From the NCBI GenBank assembly GCA_004764695.1, contig SMSO01000006.1, positions 77,859 through 141,858 on the forward strand: DNA of 64,000 bases, written 5' to 3'. A model generated the notes under the pieces. It saw only the letters and a list, made by a program, of their open reading frames with translations. It was not told the origin of the DNA and searched no databases. Position numbers and translations under genes: made by a program. Shown here piece after piece: positions 44,716 to 56,832 of the stretch. Each line of letters starts with the position of its first letter. Position 1 is the stretch's first letter. The stretch comes from Schizochytrium sp. TIO01 (lineage: Eukaryota > Protista > Bigyra: Labyrinthulomycetes).

Positions 44716-45116
44716 CGGCAGGCTAAGGTTTGCTTTTGTCAGTGGATGGGCAAAAGTTTAGAATAATCAGGCAACCTCAGTAAAAAGCTGTAGCAAGCCG
44801 GCAAGCTACAGTAAAAATGTTAATATTCAAGATAAATGGCGGTTTCTGGGAGTGGCCTTCGTTGCTTGATACTTGGTTTTCGCATATAGTGTAGACCATT
44901 TTTCCTTGACTTGAAGTAAAGTTAGTCCATTGCCCTGGCCTATCGTGATCCCGGGTGGGCTAGTGCGAATTCATAGCACAATCGTATATCATGTTCTCCC
45001 TTCTTGTGCTCTCCTTATCAATAGTCAGAGGCTATACACTCCTACCAATAAATCCTTACTAGACCATGGCGAATCGTTATAGCTAAATAGGGCGCCCCTA
45101 CCTACTTCGATAAAGG

Positions 45117-45205
45117 ACTCTCACTATTAATGATTAGAGTACTTCTCTTGATCAATTTACTTCATGTGAAAGCACTTACGGCAATTTAAATCCAGTCAAA
45201 ACAAA
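45117..45205 (-). repeat. Degenerate reverse copy of the dispersed repeat
   Basis: Reverse complement TTGTTTTGACTGG...GTACTCTAATCATTAATAGTGAGAGT. Confidence 0.45.
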
Positions 45206-45640
45206 GCAAAACAACGCAGAGAAAAGTATTTACAATTTTGACAAGTAATCAGTCAGTGACAAGCTTTGCATACTTTGGCTTGCTCTTGCTTATGTTTTTT
45301 TTCGCCCATGTTAGCTACCCTGGTCTTTATTTTTTTAACTCTGCAGAAGGCGTGGATCTAATCAACGAGTACTACCTACATACAGATATAGGGTGTATCT
45401 AGACGTTTGTGTTCTAGCTAAGGACACTATGGCTAAGGACGAGAATCCTCAAATCCATCATTTGCAGTGGAGGCATAGATGCAGAAAGCCTTCTAAACAA
45501 AGTTTGGAAAAGTAAGTAATAAGTTTAAGACAAATATTTTTCTTCGCAGGGTTACATGTCAGCAGCACTTTAAAAAGATCTCAATATCGATTGTAGGTAA
45601 CAGGAGTATTCATAATCACGATTCTAGAAGTCGATGCACC

Positions 45641-47098
45641 TTAGACATCATCTGAATCAATAGAGAATCGATGAGGATCAACAGTCTTAATCTCCGTTTC
45701 TGGAGGTCGCTGGGCACTACGTCTATGGAAGAATCTAGCAGACAATCTGCCTGTTGCTCCCGCAAAGCCTGTTGCAGGTGGAGGCGGCATGACTGGGCTC
45801 ACATCCGCTGCCTCTCTTGGTTGGTCATGATAATTCACCTCGGAGAAAGATGGAAATTGACTGATTTGCGCACTTTGTGGCATAGGTGGAGAAGGCGGGC
45901 GATGATTTGGCCCGATTGGATTAGATGTTCGTTCATTGAATAATGGTAGACGCAAATTCTGCATTCCACGCATGAATGCTGCAGAGAAGTGCGCTGGCAA
46001 AGATGTATTTGTTGTTGGTGGGGCATCCAAGTGTACCAAACCGACAGGAGCGCCGGATATACCAGGGGAGGGGTCTGAGAAGAATGAACCGGTTTGCGTC
46101 CCACGCGTTCCACTTTCTTTAGAAGGTGTTGTGCCACTCTGGTACCAGGTTGAATTCTTTCGTTCAAGCCCATGGTGAAACCATACGAGGATCACAAAAG
46201 CTAAAAAGACAACGCCTCCTACAATAGAACCTATGATGATTCTTTTGAGTTTTTCCTTCTGCGTTGAAGTTTCAATTTCTGAAGTAGCACTACGGATGGC
46301 AATGTCAGCGCAGTTATAGGTGGCCGAAGGAAAGTCACCATCTACAACCGCGTCAACAATTGCCATTTGCAAGACGCAGTGCTCGCACGTTACGCCAGCA
46401 GGTATGGTCCAAGAAATAGTGTATAACGATGAGTTGGCAGGCCCTAAGCTGTTTGGGTTAGGCAGAACCCATCGATTGAGGTTGTCGTTTATAGTAGTGC
46501 AAGTTCCTCCGTTATTGCAGCACAAGCCCACTGGACCGTTGCTTGGCATTGCATCGCATGATTGATTATTCGGAAGTGAGGCGTAATCTGCCGGAGAAGA
46601 CAATCCATAGGGCATATCACCTAGATAAGGGTCTAGGGAGGATTCTACAAACTCTAGAACATGCGTGTTTAAACATTCTTGAGTTGTTACGTTGGACGAC
46701 GAGCTGTCCAACTCGCACAGGCGCATTTCGAGGTGACCTCCATTATGTTCTGTTACGATAATATGTGTAGTAAAAGTACCTCCTGGGATAAAGGTATCTT
46801 GAATTGGGCTCACCCAGTTACCACTTTCAAGCATAGTTTTCACAGAGGAATTTGATATGCCTCCACACAGACCATGTCCAATTGACTCGTCAAAAGCAGC
46901 TCCCCCACCATCAAAACTGTCAGCTTCCCATGGTGCCTTGTACGCTCCGAACGATACCACGTTTCGAGCTGCAGGAGTATAAAGGTATCCTTTGCCCTGC
47001 ACATAACTTGATTTCCAGGTCAGGACTAATGCGAGCAAGCAGGTTGCTCCACTTGGGTAACTCCTACGGTATCTGGACCGTGTTTGCTTTTGAGGCAT
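45641..47098 (-). CDS. Type I membrane protein with an LPMO-like (chitin-binding type 3, AA10/AA15-like) ectodomain lacking the His brace, a TM helix and a Pro/Ser-rich cytoplasmic tail
   Basis: Signal peptide ...VQG followed by KGYLYTPAARN (consensus HGYLxxPxxRN), HGLCG, TEHNGGHLEMRLC, ECLNTHVL, IPAGVTCEHCVLQ and YNCADIAI. TM IIIGSIVGGVVFLAFVILVWF. Confidence 0.82.
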   Translation of the reverse strand: MPQKQTRSRYRRSYPSGATCLLALVLTWKSSYVQGKGYLYTPAARNVVSFGAYKAPWEADSFDGGGAAFDESIGHGLCGGISNSSVKTMLESGNWVSPIQDTFIPGGTFTTHIIVTEHNGGHLEMRLCELDSSSSNVTTQECLNTHVLEFVESSLDPYLGDMPYGLSSPADYASLPNNQSCDAMPSNGPVGLCCNNGGTCTTINDNLNRWVLPNPNSLGPANSSLYTISWTIPAGVTCEHCVLQMAIVDAVVDGDFPSATYNCADIAIRSATSEIETSTQKEKLKRIIIGSIVGGVVFLAFVILVWFHHGLERKNSTWYQSGTTPSKESGTRGTQTGSFFSDPSPGISGAPVGLVHLDAPPTTNTSLPAHFSAAFMRGMQNLRLPLFNERTSNPIGPNHRPPSPPMPQSAQISQFPSFSEVNYHDQPREAADVSPVMPPPPATGFAGATGRLSARFFHRRSAQRPPETEIKTVDPHRFSIDSDDV

Positions 47099-49130
47099 TA
47101 TAGCAAGAAGCCCGTCTTACAATTATGCGACTTTCTATGGCTTAATACTGGAGATAGACTTTCAAGGCCCGTGAAGGAACGCAAGGAGTATTAAAGATAT
47201 AGCCTCGTTTGATTGTTTTGTACTTTCTTTCAGATGTATGGGACTCACTGTTGGTCGTATGTATGCACTTCTGCTGCAAACTTCACAAACTCCTGGCCAA
47301 AGAAGGGCGGCCGTTCTAGCACAACCTTGCGATGTTCCTGGAAACGCAACCCCTCAACGAAGAGATAGGAGAGACTCGTGTCACTCGCAGCAAATCAATA
47401 CAACTGGCCTCCCGTATGGGGTTGGGGCACTGCTGTAACTAAGTCTCTTCTCTCGTTGGTGTAAAGTCTCTGCTCTTGCTGGTGTGGTTTGGGATTTGAT
47501 ATTCTAGCTTCAAGCAAAAGAATTGCACACAAACAATTTGACTACCAACAAGATGTTTATACCCTATTCTAGTTGTTTAAAGTTTTCTTTTCTAAGTTTT
47601 CTTTTATTTTAAAGCTAGAAGGTACCTAAACTAAAGCACTTTTCTTTCTTTTCTCTTTCTTTTTCAAAAATAGTATGATACTACTATGATGACAGAGTAA
47701 ATATACTACCAAGCATATATATAATAAATCCAAAGTGAATATCATTATATATTATTTAAAATACTTTACTTCAAAGTTTACTTTAAATAAATAAATAAGG
47801 CCTAAAGATAGACTGAAAAGCGGGTACGTGGAAATAGGAAGGTAAAATGAGAAGTTAATCATTTCAATCGTTAAACTCCTTGTTGCTGGTGTTTTTGAAA
47901 GCTTGGAAATGCCATGGGGAGAAATGATTTTCAGATGACAACAAAACAGAAGCAAAAGAAGGCTCATGGAGCTTGTGTAAATAGTAAACTCGCGAGCTTA
48001 TTGCCTTGGCCTGAAGTTTAAACTCGACATGGGTGCTAAATTATAAACTACTATGATGAGTGAAATTATTTGATTGGTATGTTCAGGGTGTCCGGAGTGT
48101 CAATCGAGCTTTCTAAGCTTGAACCCCGAAAGTCCAAGTCTGTGTTCAGTCTGTAAACCTTGCAGCACTCCAAGTCATCCATTCATAAGATATCTATAAT
48201 AAGGTACCTAGAGAGTTTGAAGTTATGCCTTCTCAAAAGGAGACTCAGTAATACTACTTTTATTATAGCGCGGTACTACATCGAGCAAAATGGTCTGACT
48301 ACGACTGGGTGACTCTTCTCCTTTGATTCCAACCCTACCTTATGGACACTTAGGGGTCTGAATACAAAAGCTAAAGTCAAAACTTTTTGAAGGAGACAAT
48401 TTTTGAGCACACGCCATATTATTCAGTAGGACTAGTTTTTAATTTTAAAAGTTGATGACACAATGTTCCTTGTAAAAGGAAGGCAGAAAAAGTTCACACG
48501 CTCGCAGCACGCGCTCAAAAAGAAATGCAGGTAGTATAGGGTAGAATAGTCTTATTGTGAGATGGTTAGAGCGCAACAGTACGACAAATAGTCGTAGCTA
48601 CTACTACAGGGTACATACAGAGTACTTATTTTATTATAGATAAGGACTCGAACATCCAGTTTCTGATAAGGCTGCTATAGACAAGCTTGAATGGCCGGGC
48701 CATACACATGTAACTGAAGGTCAAAATTCTCTCAAGTTTACTAGCGTAGATAGGTAGCCTGTCTACTACTGCCTAGATTATCCATGGCATCTTATGCTTA
48801 GTACATCAGACGCCTCTTGGGAATCCGGTAGCTCGACAAACTGAACACAAGCAGCGCTTTACATAGTCGCGAAAATGTGCAGGTGGGCCCCATTTAAAAT
48901 GCGCTGATTCTGAACGCTGGCCATTGAGTTCTTTAACTGTAGTAATGAATTTTCTATAAATGGGAAATAGGAGCATGGTTATCACCAGTGCAATAGCTTA
49001 TCAAGAAAGCTCATTGCAATCTTACTACATAGGTAGTCACAAGTTATTCCTATTGATTAATTAATGCTTTAAATTGCTTGATCAAAACATATTTCTTTGT
49101 TAGAGAGCTGTATGGACAAAAGAATAGTAT

Positions 49131-49190
49131 GCGTGATTGTTTTGGCTTGACTTTCTTCAAATGTCAAAGAATTTCAAGAGAGGAGCTGCC
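49131..49190 (+). repeat. 5' part of the dispersed repeat running into a (CTA)n array
   Basis: GCGTGATTGTTTTGGCTTGACTTTCTTCAAATGTCAAAGAATTT...GCCTTTACTACTA. Confidence 0.6.
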
Positions 49191-49192
49191 TT

Positions 49193-49332
<140 letters not shown>

Positions 49333-50145
49333 ACTATCTGCATACATAGTACTAGTACTAATACCTGTTAGCGGGTCAATTCCTACTTTTGAGGGGTAGA
49401 TAGACTGCATATGTACTACTACTACCTAGCACAACCCATTTGGAGCCCATGCTACGGTAACGGCACCATTCTTTCTTCATACTGAGAGCCCAGTCAAAGC
49501 CACAGTTTATACTTATCTTACGCTCCCTACGACGAAAACGTGTCCCTTTCCTTCTTCTCAAGAGGGCAACGAGCGGGCTGACTTGATTCTGATCTAAAAG
49601 ACGTGTAAGGGGCCTGCTGGTGCGGGCCTGAGTGGCTAACCTGCAGGCCTACTTGTTCATGCTCTAAACAAGTTAGGTTTCCCCTCGTATACTTGGTCTA
49701 CGACTAATTTGGCACAGCAAACATACGTCCTCTTGATTCGGCTGCATCTTCTAGAGAGCGTGGTCCTTACTTTGGTTTATAAAGGCGCGGTAATAATCAT
49801 TGTCTTTCTCCTCTTCTGCGACAGAATCAACCTCGCAAGCCGCTAATTACAGCAGTAGCAGCAAATATCTAAGAGTAAACTTACAGTGTCGTTTACTCTA
49901 CTTCATAATATCTCCGCGAAATCTCGGGACTTAAATGCATGCTCAGTGAGCCACCACTTGTAACTAAAGACAGTCAAGGACCTTCTGACCTTCAGAGAAA
50001 GTAGAAGCAGACTCTGCAAAGCTTTTCTGTTTATAACCTAACGAGCTGGCCCTTTAATTTGCAAGTCATAGCTTGTAAAGCATCATATACAGACCTGCAG
50101 TACATTTGTGGCTCAACAGGTTTCTCTAGATTCTCTGTTCCTCCC

Positions 50146-53100
50146 ATGGCTTCGACTTTGGAGATTAAAGTTATCAAATGCACATTTGCCAAATCATTAA
50201 ATTATTTCCTTTCCCTACAACTTAATGACGGAGAGAAATTGCGTACAGAGGTCGCTGATGCTACAAATAAACCCGTTTTTAAGAACAACACATTTAAGCT
50301 TCGTACAGGTCCCGGCGAAGAGGTGAACACAATTAAAATTGGGGGCTTTTTGATAATTCGTAAAGATGGGGACACCAAGGCGCAACCTTCGTTGCTTGGG
50401 AGTGGTGAAGTGAACCTCATTCCTTTAAAAAGACAGCTTGCAGGTGGAAAGACCGTACTTTGTGATGATATCCCCCTTCATAGAAAGTCAAAGAAGCAAG
50501 AGCAAGTTGACATTATTGTTGGCAAAGTCCAACTTAGCATTCGAGCTGTGGACACACTCAACTTTAATGGTTCCATCGAACCAGAAGCATCACTCCATCC
50601 TGACACAAACATATGTAACATAGTGATACATAGTATTCATTCGAATACTCAAGAAGGCTGTCAACCTCCACTTCGTGCAGATCGTTGCCTTTGCGTGGAA
50701 GGGCGTGTAATTTCAGAACAAGCACATTTCCAGATGATAGACTGGCGAAAGAATCCGAGCGGAAAGAACCAGCTTTTAAAAATCTGGCCTCGACCAATAT
50801 GGCAAAGCTCCACTCGGACACAAGCTCATTGTCGTCAACGGAGTGATGGTTCATCACAATATGATTGGAATGAGAACGACGTGTTTAGGATAGAGCCTCG
50901 AATGAGTAGTAATAACAAGGGAATTAGACTAGATCTGGTTGAGACAAGTTCCCCTGATGGGTATAATAGTCCAACCTCAAGGTCCAATTCGAAAACTAAT
51001 ATAACAGACTGGGAGAGTCGAGGTGGAGCCACATTAGCTCTGGGTTTTTTACGTAAATTGCATCAATACAATCTCGGTCTAAGGTTCACTCCAGAGCTAG
51101 CAATGAATGTTTCGCTTGAACTTCAGCCATCCTTCAATGAAGATTGGAATTTTTTTGACTCGCAGCGAGGTAATCAACGATTTAACCTAAGAAGAATTCA
51201 TATAAACATCGGCGGAGTAACCTCAAGCCTACCATTTTTGGTTCATGATTGTATCGTTCGCATTTCTGGCTCGCGCCGTCCACCAGATGAAATTCTACCG
51301 AAAAATCTTTTCATAGAATGCCAACCTCAGATCTTACAGGAACAAGTTGAAACAAAGTCTGAAGAAAGAACGTTGAGCAATAATGTGCTCAAAGAAGCTC
51401 ACGTTGCTCTAGAAAGCTACCCTATCGCAATACCTTTTAAGATCACCGGCAGCACTGGGCCAGTTCCAACCAAAAACCCACAGTGGGATACAATTCTGGA
51501 GTTTAATGCACAAGATGAGTCATTCATGGACACTGTCTATTTAGAGTTCTACCAAGGTGAAGATTACACGAAATTTGCAGAGGCTTTAATCGATGTTCAT
51601 GGGCTTTCTACCGATGGTAAAGTACACGAGTTCTATGATGTACCTCTTCGTATGTTGGCAAACGGAAAACAGCACAGTACTTCAGATAAATCAACAGTGC
51701 TAGCATCCCAGCCTTCTGAAAATGTAGAAAACGAAAATAGCAATGCACACATTATTGATAACGTAGTAGGGTCAGAACCATCTTGTCAAGTGAATGTACG
51801 TATATGGGATTGTGATGCGTATTTGATGCATCTGAACAATGTCCTTGAAGAAAGGCCGTCTGGGAGTGCACGGACAATGTCTGTGCGAACGGGCGAATTA
51901 AGCGAAATCGAGCTTCTTGAATCTAGCTCTCGCAGTGCAAACAAGTCCCTTGAGAATGGAAATCAACCAAGCGAAATGCAGCCACCTGTTCCTCGATTGC
52001 AGTTGCAAAAGTCTAGTAGCAATTTGAGTAATACAACCAAACAACCACTTGTCAAGAGTAACACCGCACTACAAGAGCAGCAAATTGAACCTCTACATAA
52101 TGCACTAAGAGCTCGTAAAGAAGGTAAGGAACCAGAAATCGAATTTAACAAACCAGAATCAATTAATGGAACGGTGTATTTGAAGAGCCCGCGCATGGAA
52201 GATCGGCCATCTGCACTAAAACTAAACGAGCCATCAACACCAGAGCTTAGCCCGGCGCTATCTAGAGCCAGCACTCCGCAAACCGGTGGTAGCCAGCAAG
52301 GAGGAGATCAACAGAATACGAGACAGAATAACCGAACAACTATAGACCAGCCTGAAATCGCGAACAGTTCCCTTCAGGAGTCTTATGAAGTTATCAACAA
52401 CTCACAAATCAAGCCGCTGCAGGAAAGACTAGCAATCGTAACGAGCGATCTTCATAATAAGCAAACTCTTATTGATAAACTGCTTGAAGATATCGACAAA
52501 CGGTCCGAAGCTATCAGGGTGTGTGGCAGGGAGATTGTTGACCTTCGCAAAGCAAACGAGAAGCTAGCACATGCTAAGGATATCGCCGAGGCTAAGCTTC
52601 GCGCTATTGAGAATGAAAACGCAAAAGATGCCGTTGCTCTGGCCCAAGAGGTGCAAGGAGTTTCTGATGTTGATGACCTTCGTCGACGAGTAGTACTATT
52701 GTCTCGCAAGTATGCGAGTGAACGGAAACGGAACCAAGGAATGATGGAGCGCCTTGATCGCGTTCAAATCGTCGTTGACGAGCACCGGTCTGCTGTGCAA
52801 GAGCTAGAAGAGCTGGAGCGTGCACATCAAGCACAAGCAAGGTTTATACAGGAGCTTCAGGATGAGAATGCTCAACTACAACTATTCCAAGCCACCATTA
52901 AGACGCAGGAGAAAGTCATAGTCAAACTAGAAAATCTACTTGAGTCAAAGCTTCGTGAACATGCTGCTGTTGGGACAAGCATAAGCTCGACCATTCTTAT
53001 AGAAAAGGAAATGGAGGAGTTACGTTCTCGCAACAAAGACCTCGAAGAGAAACTTTTAAGGGGCGACATTTTGGGAACCCAGGGGTTCCAAGAAAAGATT

Positions 53101-53295
53101 AAAGAGCTTGAATCAGAGCTCGAAGCTGTGCGAACACGGACAGAAGGCAATACTGAGAATGTTGTTGATGACAAAATAGAGCGGATTGAAGCTCTCGAAG
53201 AACAGCTTGTTCAAAATGCGAAGAAATTTGCAAAGGAGATCTCAGAAGTCCGCATGAAATTGTTTGAATATGAAGCATTGACAGAGGACTTTTAG
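50146..53295 (+). CDS. CCDC33: CCDC33-like protein: N-terminal C2-like domain(s) and C-terminal coiled coil
   Basis: ATG at 50146 (MASTLEIKVIKC...LRTEVADATNKPVFKNNTF, C2-like). C-terminal AIRVCGREIVDLRKAN...ATIKTQEKVIVKLENLLESKL...ALEEQLVQNAKKFAKEI resembles the CCDC33 coiled coil as recalled. Confidence 0.65.
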   Translation: MASTLEIKVIKCTFAKSLNYFLSLQLNDGEKLRTEVADATNKPVFKNNTFKLRTGPGEEVNTIKIGGFLIIRKDGDTKAQPSLLGSGEVNLIPLKRQLAGGKTVLCDDIPLHRKSKKQEQVDIIVGKVQLSIRAVDTLNFNGSIEPEASLHPDTNICNIVIHSIHSNTQEGCQPPLRADRCLCVEGRVISEQAHFQMIDWRKNPSGKNQLLKIWPRPIWQSSTRTQAHCRQRSDGSSQYDWNENDVFRIEPRMSSNNKGIRLDLVETSSPDGYNSPTSRSNSKTNITDWESRGGATLALGFLRKLHQYNLGLRFTPELAMNVSLELQPSFNEDWNFFDSQRGNQRFNLRRIHINIGGVTSSLPFLVHDCIVRISGSRRPPDEILPKNLFIECQPQILQEQVETKSEERTLSNNVLKEAHVALESYPIAIPFKITGSTGPVPTKNPQWDTILEFNAQDESFMDTVYLEFYQGEDYTKFAEALIDVHGLSTDGKVHEFYDVPLRMLANGKQHSTSDKSTVLASQPSENVENENSNAHIIDNVVGSEPSCQVNVRIWDCDAYLMHLNNVLEERPSGSARTMSVRTGELSEIELLESSSRSANKSLENGNQPSEMQPPVPRLQLQKSSSNLSNTTKQPLVKSNTALQEQQIEPLHNALRARKEGKEPEIEFNKPESINGTVYLKSPRMEDRPSALKLNEPSTPELSPALSRASTPQTGGSQQGGDQQNTRQNNRTTIDQPEIANSSLQESYEVINNSQIKPLQERLAIVTSDLHNKQTLIDKLLEDIDKRSEAIRVCGREIVDLRKANEKLAHAKDIAEAKLRAIENENAKDAVALAQEVQGVSDVDDLRRRVVLLSRKYASERKRNQGMMERLDRVQIVVDEHRSAVQELEELERAHQAQARFIQELQDENAQLQLFQATIKTQEKVIVKLENLLESKLREHAAVGTSISSTILIEKEMEELRSRNKDLEEKLLRGDILGTQGFQEKIKELESELEAVRTRTEGNTENVVDDKIERIEALEEQLVQNAKKFAKEISEVRMKLFEYEALTEDF

Positions 53296-53982
53296 GAGTT
53301 AATCTTAAATTTGAAAACAAAACTGTAAGAAACTTCTCTTTGGAACTTAACAATTTTCCAGCTGTATTCTTCCATAAACCTTTTTTGAAGTCTTGGTGTC
53401 AACAATAAGGAACTAACATACAAATCATTTTTACCAAAGGAGAACTGCGCTCGCAAGAAAAGCTTAGTATGTACCTCTTCTTATTCTTTTTATTGGGTTA
53501 TGCAACTCAGCAGCAAAAAGTAAATGCACGACATATACTTGTTATCTTCAGTGTAAGCATAATACAAATATGTCATACAAAGCAAACAGTTTGAACGTTG
53601 AGACTTCTTCGACGTAAAACATTATAGGGTTAGTAACTAGCGTAGCTACCGTCCCAATTTGAACAAGGCGAGAAAAAAAAAATTATATATGTCTCATGGT
53701 ATGAGATTACAAACGCTAATAAAAGGAATAAACGTGTTTCTCTAGCGGAAAACGAAGGTGTGACAAATTCAGATCAGGATTTCGCCCAGCAGCCTTGCAA
53801 TAGATATCTTTCTATTCTTGATCAAAATCCGGCGACGTTTCATGATATTAGCAGAGCCAAGGCTAGAGGTCTGTATGGCACCACAAATTAAAAAGCTGTG
53901 CGTTTATCGAAAACCTTAATTTATTATCAATCGCACATCACCACATTGACGAGAATATAGTTACAGTAGATCTTGACAGAGC

Positions 53983-55284
53983 TTAGCTGCACTCAACAAT
54001 ACTAGTTAGACTAGGAAAGCTTTGACAATTGACTGTGAACCTAGTCAAACCTAAGCTTTGTGGAGGGAACGAAGAGGCAGAAACTTGAAACCTTTGCAAA
54101 GCAGTGAGCCGATGATTTGGTTTTGGGCTTTCGCCTGGTAATGATGCTTCTTTTGAACTTGGAAAGAGACAACTGGCAATAGAAAATGCCCGCAGCTGCT
54201 CTGCATTCCCAAAGAGTGCTTTCCGGGACTGAACCGGTACAAAATTTTGAGGACTTATCTCAAACCGACTCAAGGTCGGCTTATCGTGTACTTGAGTTTC
54301 CACATCGTCACAAGTTTTATCTTCTAAAACTGTATCAACGTGATTGGACTGGGCCAATGAACCCTCAGTATTGGTTGATGCATTTTTCCATTCTGGGGTT
54401 TGAATATCTATCACATCCGACAGTTCTTTTTTCGAAGTCAGAGTCTGTGTATCAATCACATCTGATGGAGACTCTTTTGAATCCCGGGCCTGATCGGCAA
54501 CAACATTCGACGAAGTATGTTGGAATGCCGGGGGGGGGTTATCAATTACATCAGATGGGAACGTCGAAGTTCGTACATTAAACCTTTTTAGCTCAACAGG
54601 CGCCTCTTTTGGAAAGATTCTTGTATCTGCATTGAATTTGCACAAACGTGATCTGCCTTGTACCTGAGGTGGGAACCCCATAGTTCGTAAATTGAACTTA
54701 GACAAGCCGATAGACTTTTCGTACGGGAAACTCTTAGGCGAGACATGAAATGGCTCAAGAGAACATGCTGTATTAGGCATACGTCTCGGGTCAACCAAGA
54801 AAGTTTTAAGCAACTGCCTAACGCGAGGGCGCCCCGGGATATCTTCCGGATGAAGAGTGAACTTCTGAAGCTTGGTGGCGATCTTTATTGCCCACGGACT
54901 CACCTCTGCTGGTATTTGATTTTCATTGCGTATCTGCAGTCCTTGTGAAGAAAGTGCCTGAGAAGAAGCCGATGGATTTTCTGGCCTAGGACTGGTTTGG
55001 TTGCTGTGAGCAGCGGGTGCTTCATTTTGGAGCAAGCGCACAGTTTCATTCTCATCTTCTTCAGGGGCGTCGCTTAAGTCCAAAGGAATAGCAGCCACGT
55101 CTGTGCGATACAGAAGCACTCTCTTCCCGGGACTGCAGCCTCCCTCAGGTTTAGGTTCAAACTCTTCATAGTAGCTCTCAAATTTCTTCTTTCGTTGCTC
55201 GCGAAGTCTGAGTTTTTTCTCAGCTAAACTCTCGCGAGAGCTTGCTTCTCCTGCATTTGGATGTGATGTCTGTGCGAATTTCAT
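53983..55284 (-). CDS. Uncharacterised protein with ten copies of a ~12-aa L-x-x-F-x-[VIL]-x4-F-P motif
   Basis: 433-aa ORF from ATG; the repeats are listed in the findings. Confidence 0.75.
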   Translation of the reverse strand: MKFAQTSHPNAGEASSRESLAEKKLRLREQRKKKFESYYEEFEPKPEGGCSPGKRVLLYRTDVAAIPLDLSDAPEEDENETVRLLQNEAPAAHSNQTSPRPENPSASSQALSSQGLQIRNENQIPAEVSPWAIKIATKLQKFTLHPEDIPGRPRVRQLLKTFLVDPRRMPNTACSLEPFHVSPKSFPYEKSIGLSKFNLRTMGFPPQVQGRSRLCKFNADTRIFPKEAPVELKRFNVRTSTFPSDVIDNPPPAFQHTSSNVVADQARDSKESPSDVIDTQTLTSKKELSDVIDIQTPEWKNASTNTEGSLAQSNHVDTVLEDKTCDDVETQVHDKPTLSRFEISPQNFVPVQSRKALFGNAEQLRAFSIASCLFPSSKEASLPGESPKPNHRLTALQRFQVSASSFPPQSLGLTRFTVNCQSFPSLTSIVECS

Positions 55285-56832
55285 TGTTTAGATGTCCATT
55301 AGTGTGCCAAGTTTTCGTGTTTATTTACGTTAGCCTTCGATGCTTGCTATGCTCATGTTGGCTCGCTGCTTCAGTTCTTTAAAACCGTAGGTTGCCAGCC
55401 CGTGGTTGTCCTTTCTCTCTCCTTTCTCTCTCCTTTCTGTACTCTTCTCCATCCTACCAACCACCGCAGTTCAAGAATGGACAAACTGTTCGACGTAAAG
55501 GGGGTCTTCACTCACCTCAAGCGTAGCTGTTTGGCTGTTGCTGAGTGATGCAGGAACACGCCACGACCGGAGCTTCATCTTGCCTGCGAATGTGTTCTAT
55601 ATATGATCTCCTGCGTGCTTGGCGTCTGTTCTGATCTGACCTAATGTCATCAAATAGCTATGACCTAACTAGTGCTAGGTTCTATAGGTAGCACTGCCTT
55701 CAATCATTCATTACTTATTTACTGCTATCCCACTACTATCATTATTTGTAACGGAGCTTGGCTTTCGAACAAAGTAGATCTAGGGTAGGTGTAGGCACCT
55801 TTACTCTACTAGGTTATTGCTAGATACTAGGTAGGTAAATTTCCCACCAAGGAACAGATAAACGATCAAGGTCCTGAACAGGTAGACAGACAATGCCTCC
55901 GCTAGACCTCGAAAGTCGAAAGCATGTTACCGCACCAGGGTGATCATATTGCAACTTCTCATTCCCAGTATTGAAAACCTGTAGCATTTCTGCCGGCACA
56001 AAGTTTAAGAGTTCGACAGTTCCAGTGGATAATCTGCATAAAGAACAAAAGCATTATTTCGAGAAGAAGGAGTAATTTTGCTGGATCTGTGGATTAACAT
56101 ATCTCGTGGAAAAGGCCTCGAATAATGCAAGCTGATTTACTCATATCTTCCATATTATTAAATTTGGCTGTGTCTCTTTCTAACTCCGTAATCAACATAG
56201 ATTACGATGGGAAAGATCGACCGAGAAGCTAAGAATATTATAAAAAGAAGGCCTCAATGATCGTGGCGAACAAATCATAAAAAACAACGTTATGACACCA
56301 TTTTATGAGAAGGACGCAATTTACTCAAGATCATGCACATAGTAAGATTAATAGATCTAAGCCTCTTTAACATCATTTGGAAAAATAGAATGAACCCAAC
56401 ACAATTGACCTCACTAAGATACATGAACGAGGGTAAATGTTAGCACATATTAACAAATATGTACGAGCATAGCCTAACTTACGAATGGAACTTAGCATAT
56501 TGATTTCCAAAACAATATCATGGCACAATTCATAAGAATAGACGGAGGATGTTATAGTTTATAGGCTTTTAAAATTATGCATAGAATAAAGCAAGAATAA
56601 ATACCTGCTCCAACGAATAACACAGAGTATCTTGTTATGTAATCTACCGATCCAAAAGGATAGGGAGGGCCTAATATGCAGCTACTTGACCTGGTGCATT
56701 CACACGTTCATTTATTTTTTGAGACCGTGTACGCAGCAGATTTTTAAAAACAAAATCCTTGATTGATAGGGGAGGCCAGAAGAGACAAAACTGTGTGCAT
56801 GTGTCACCAAAAATGTTTGCTCTTAACTACAG

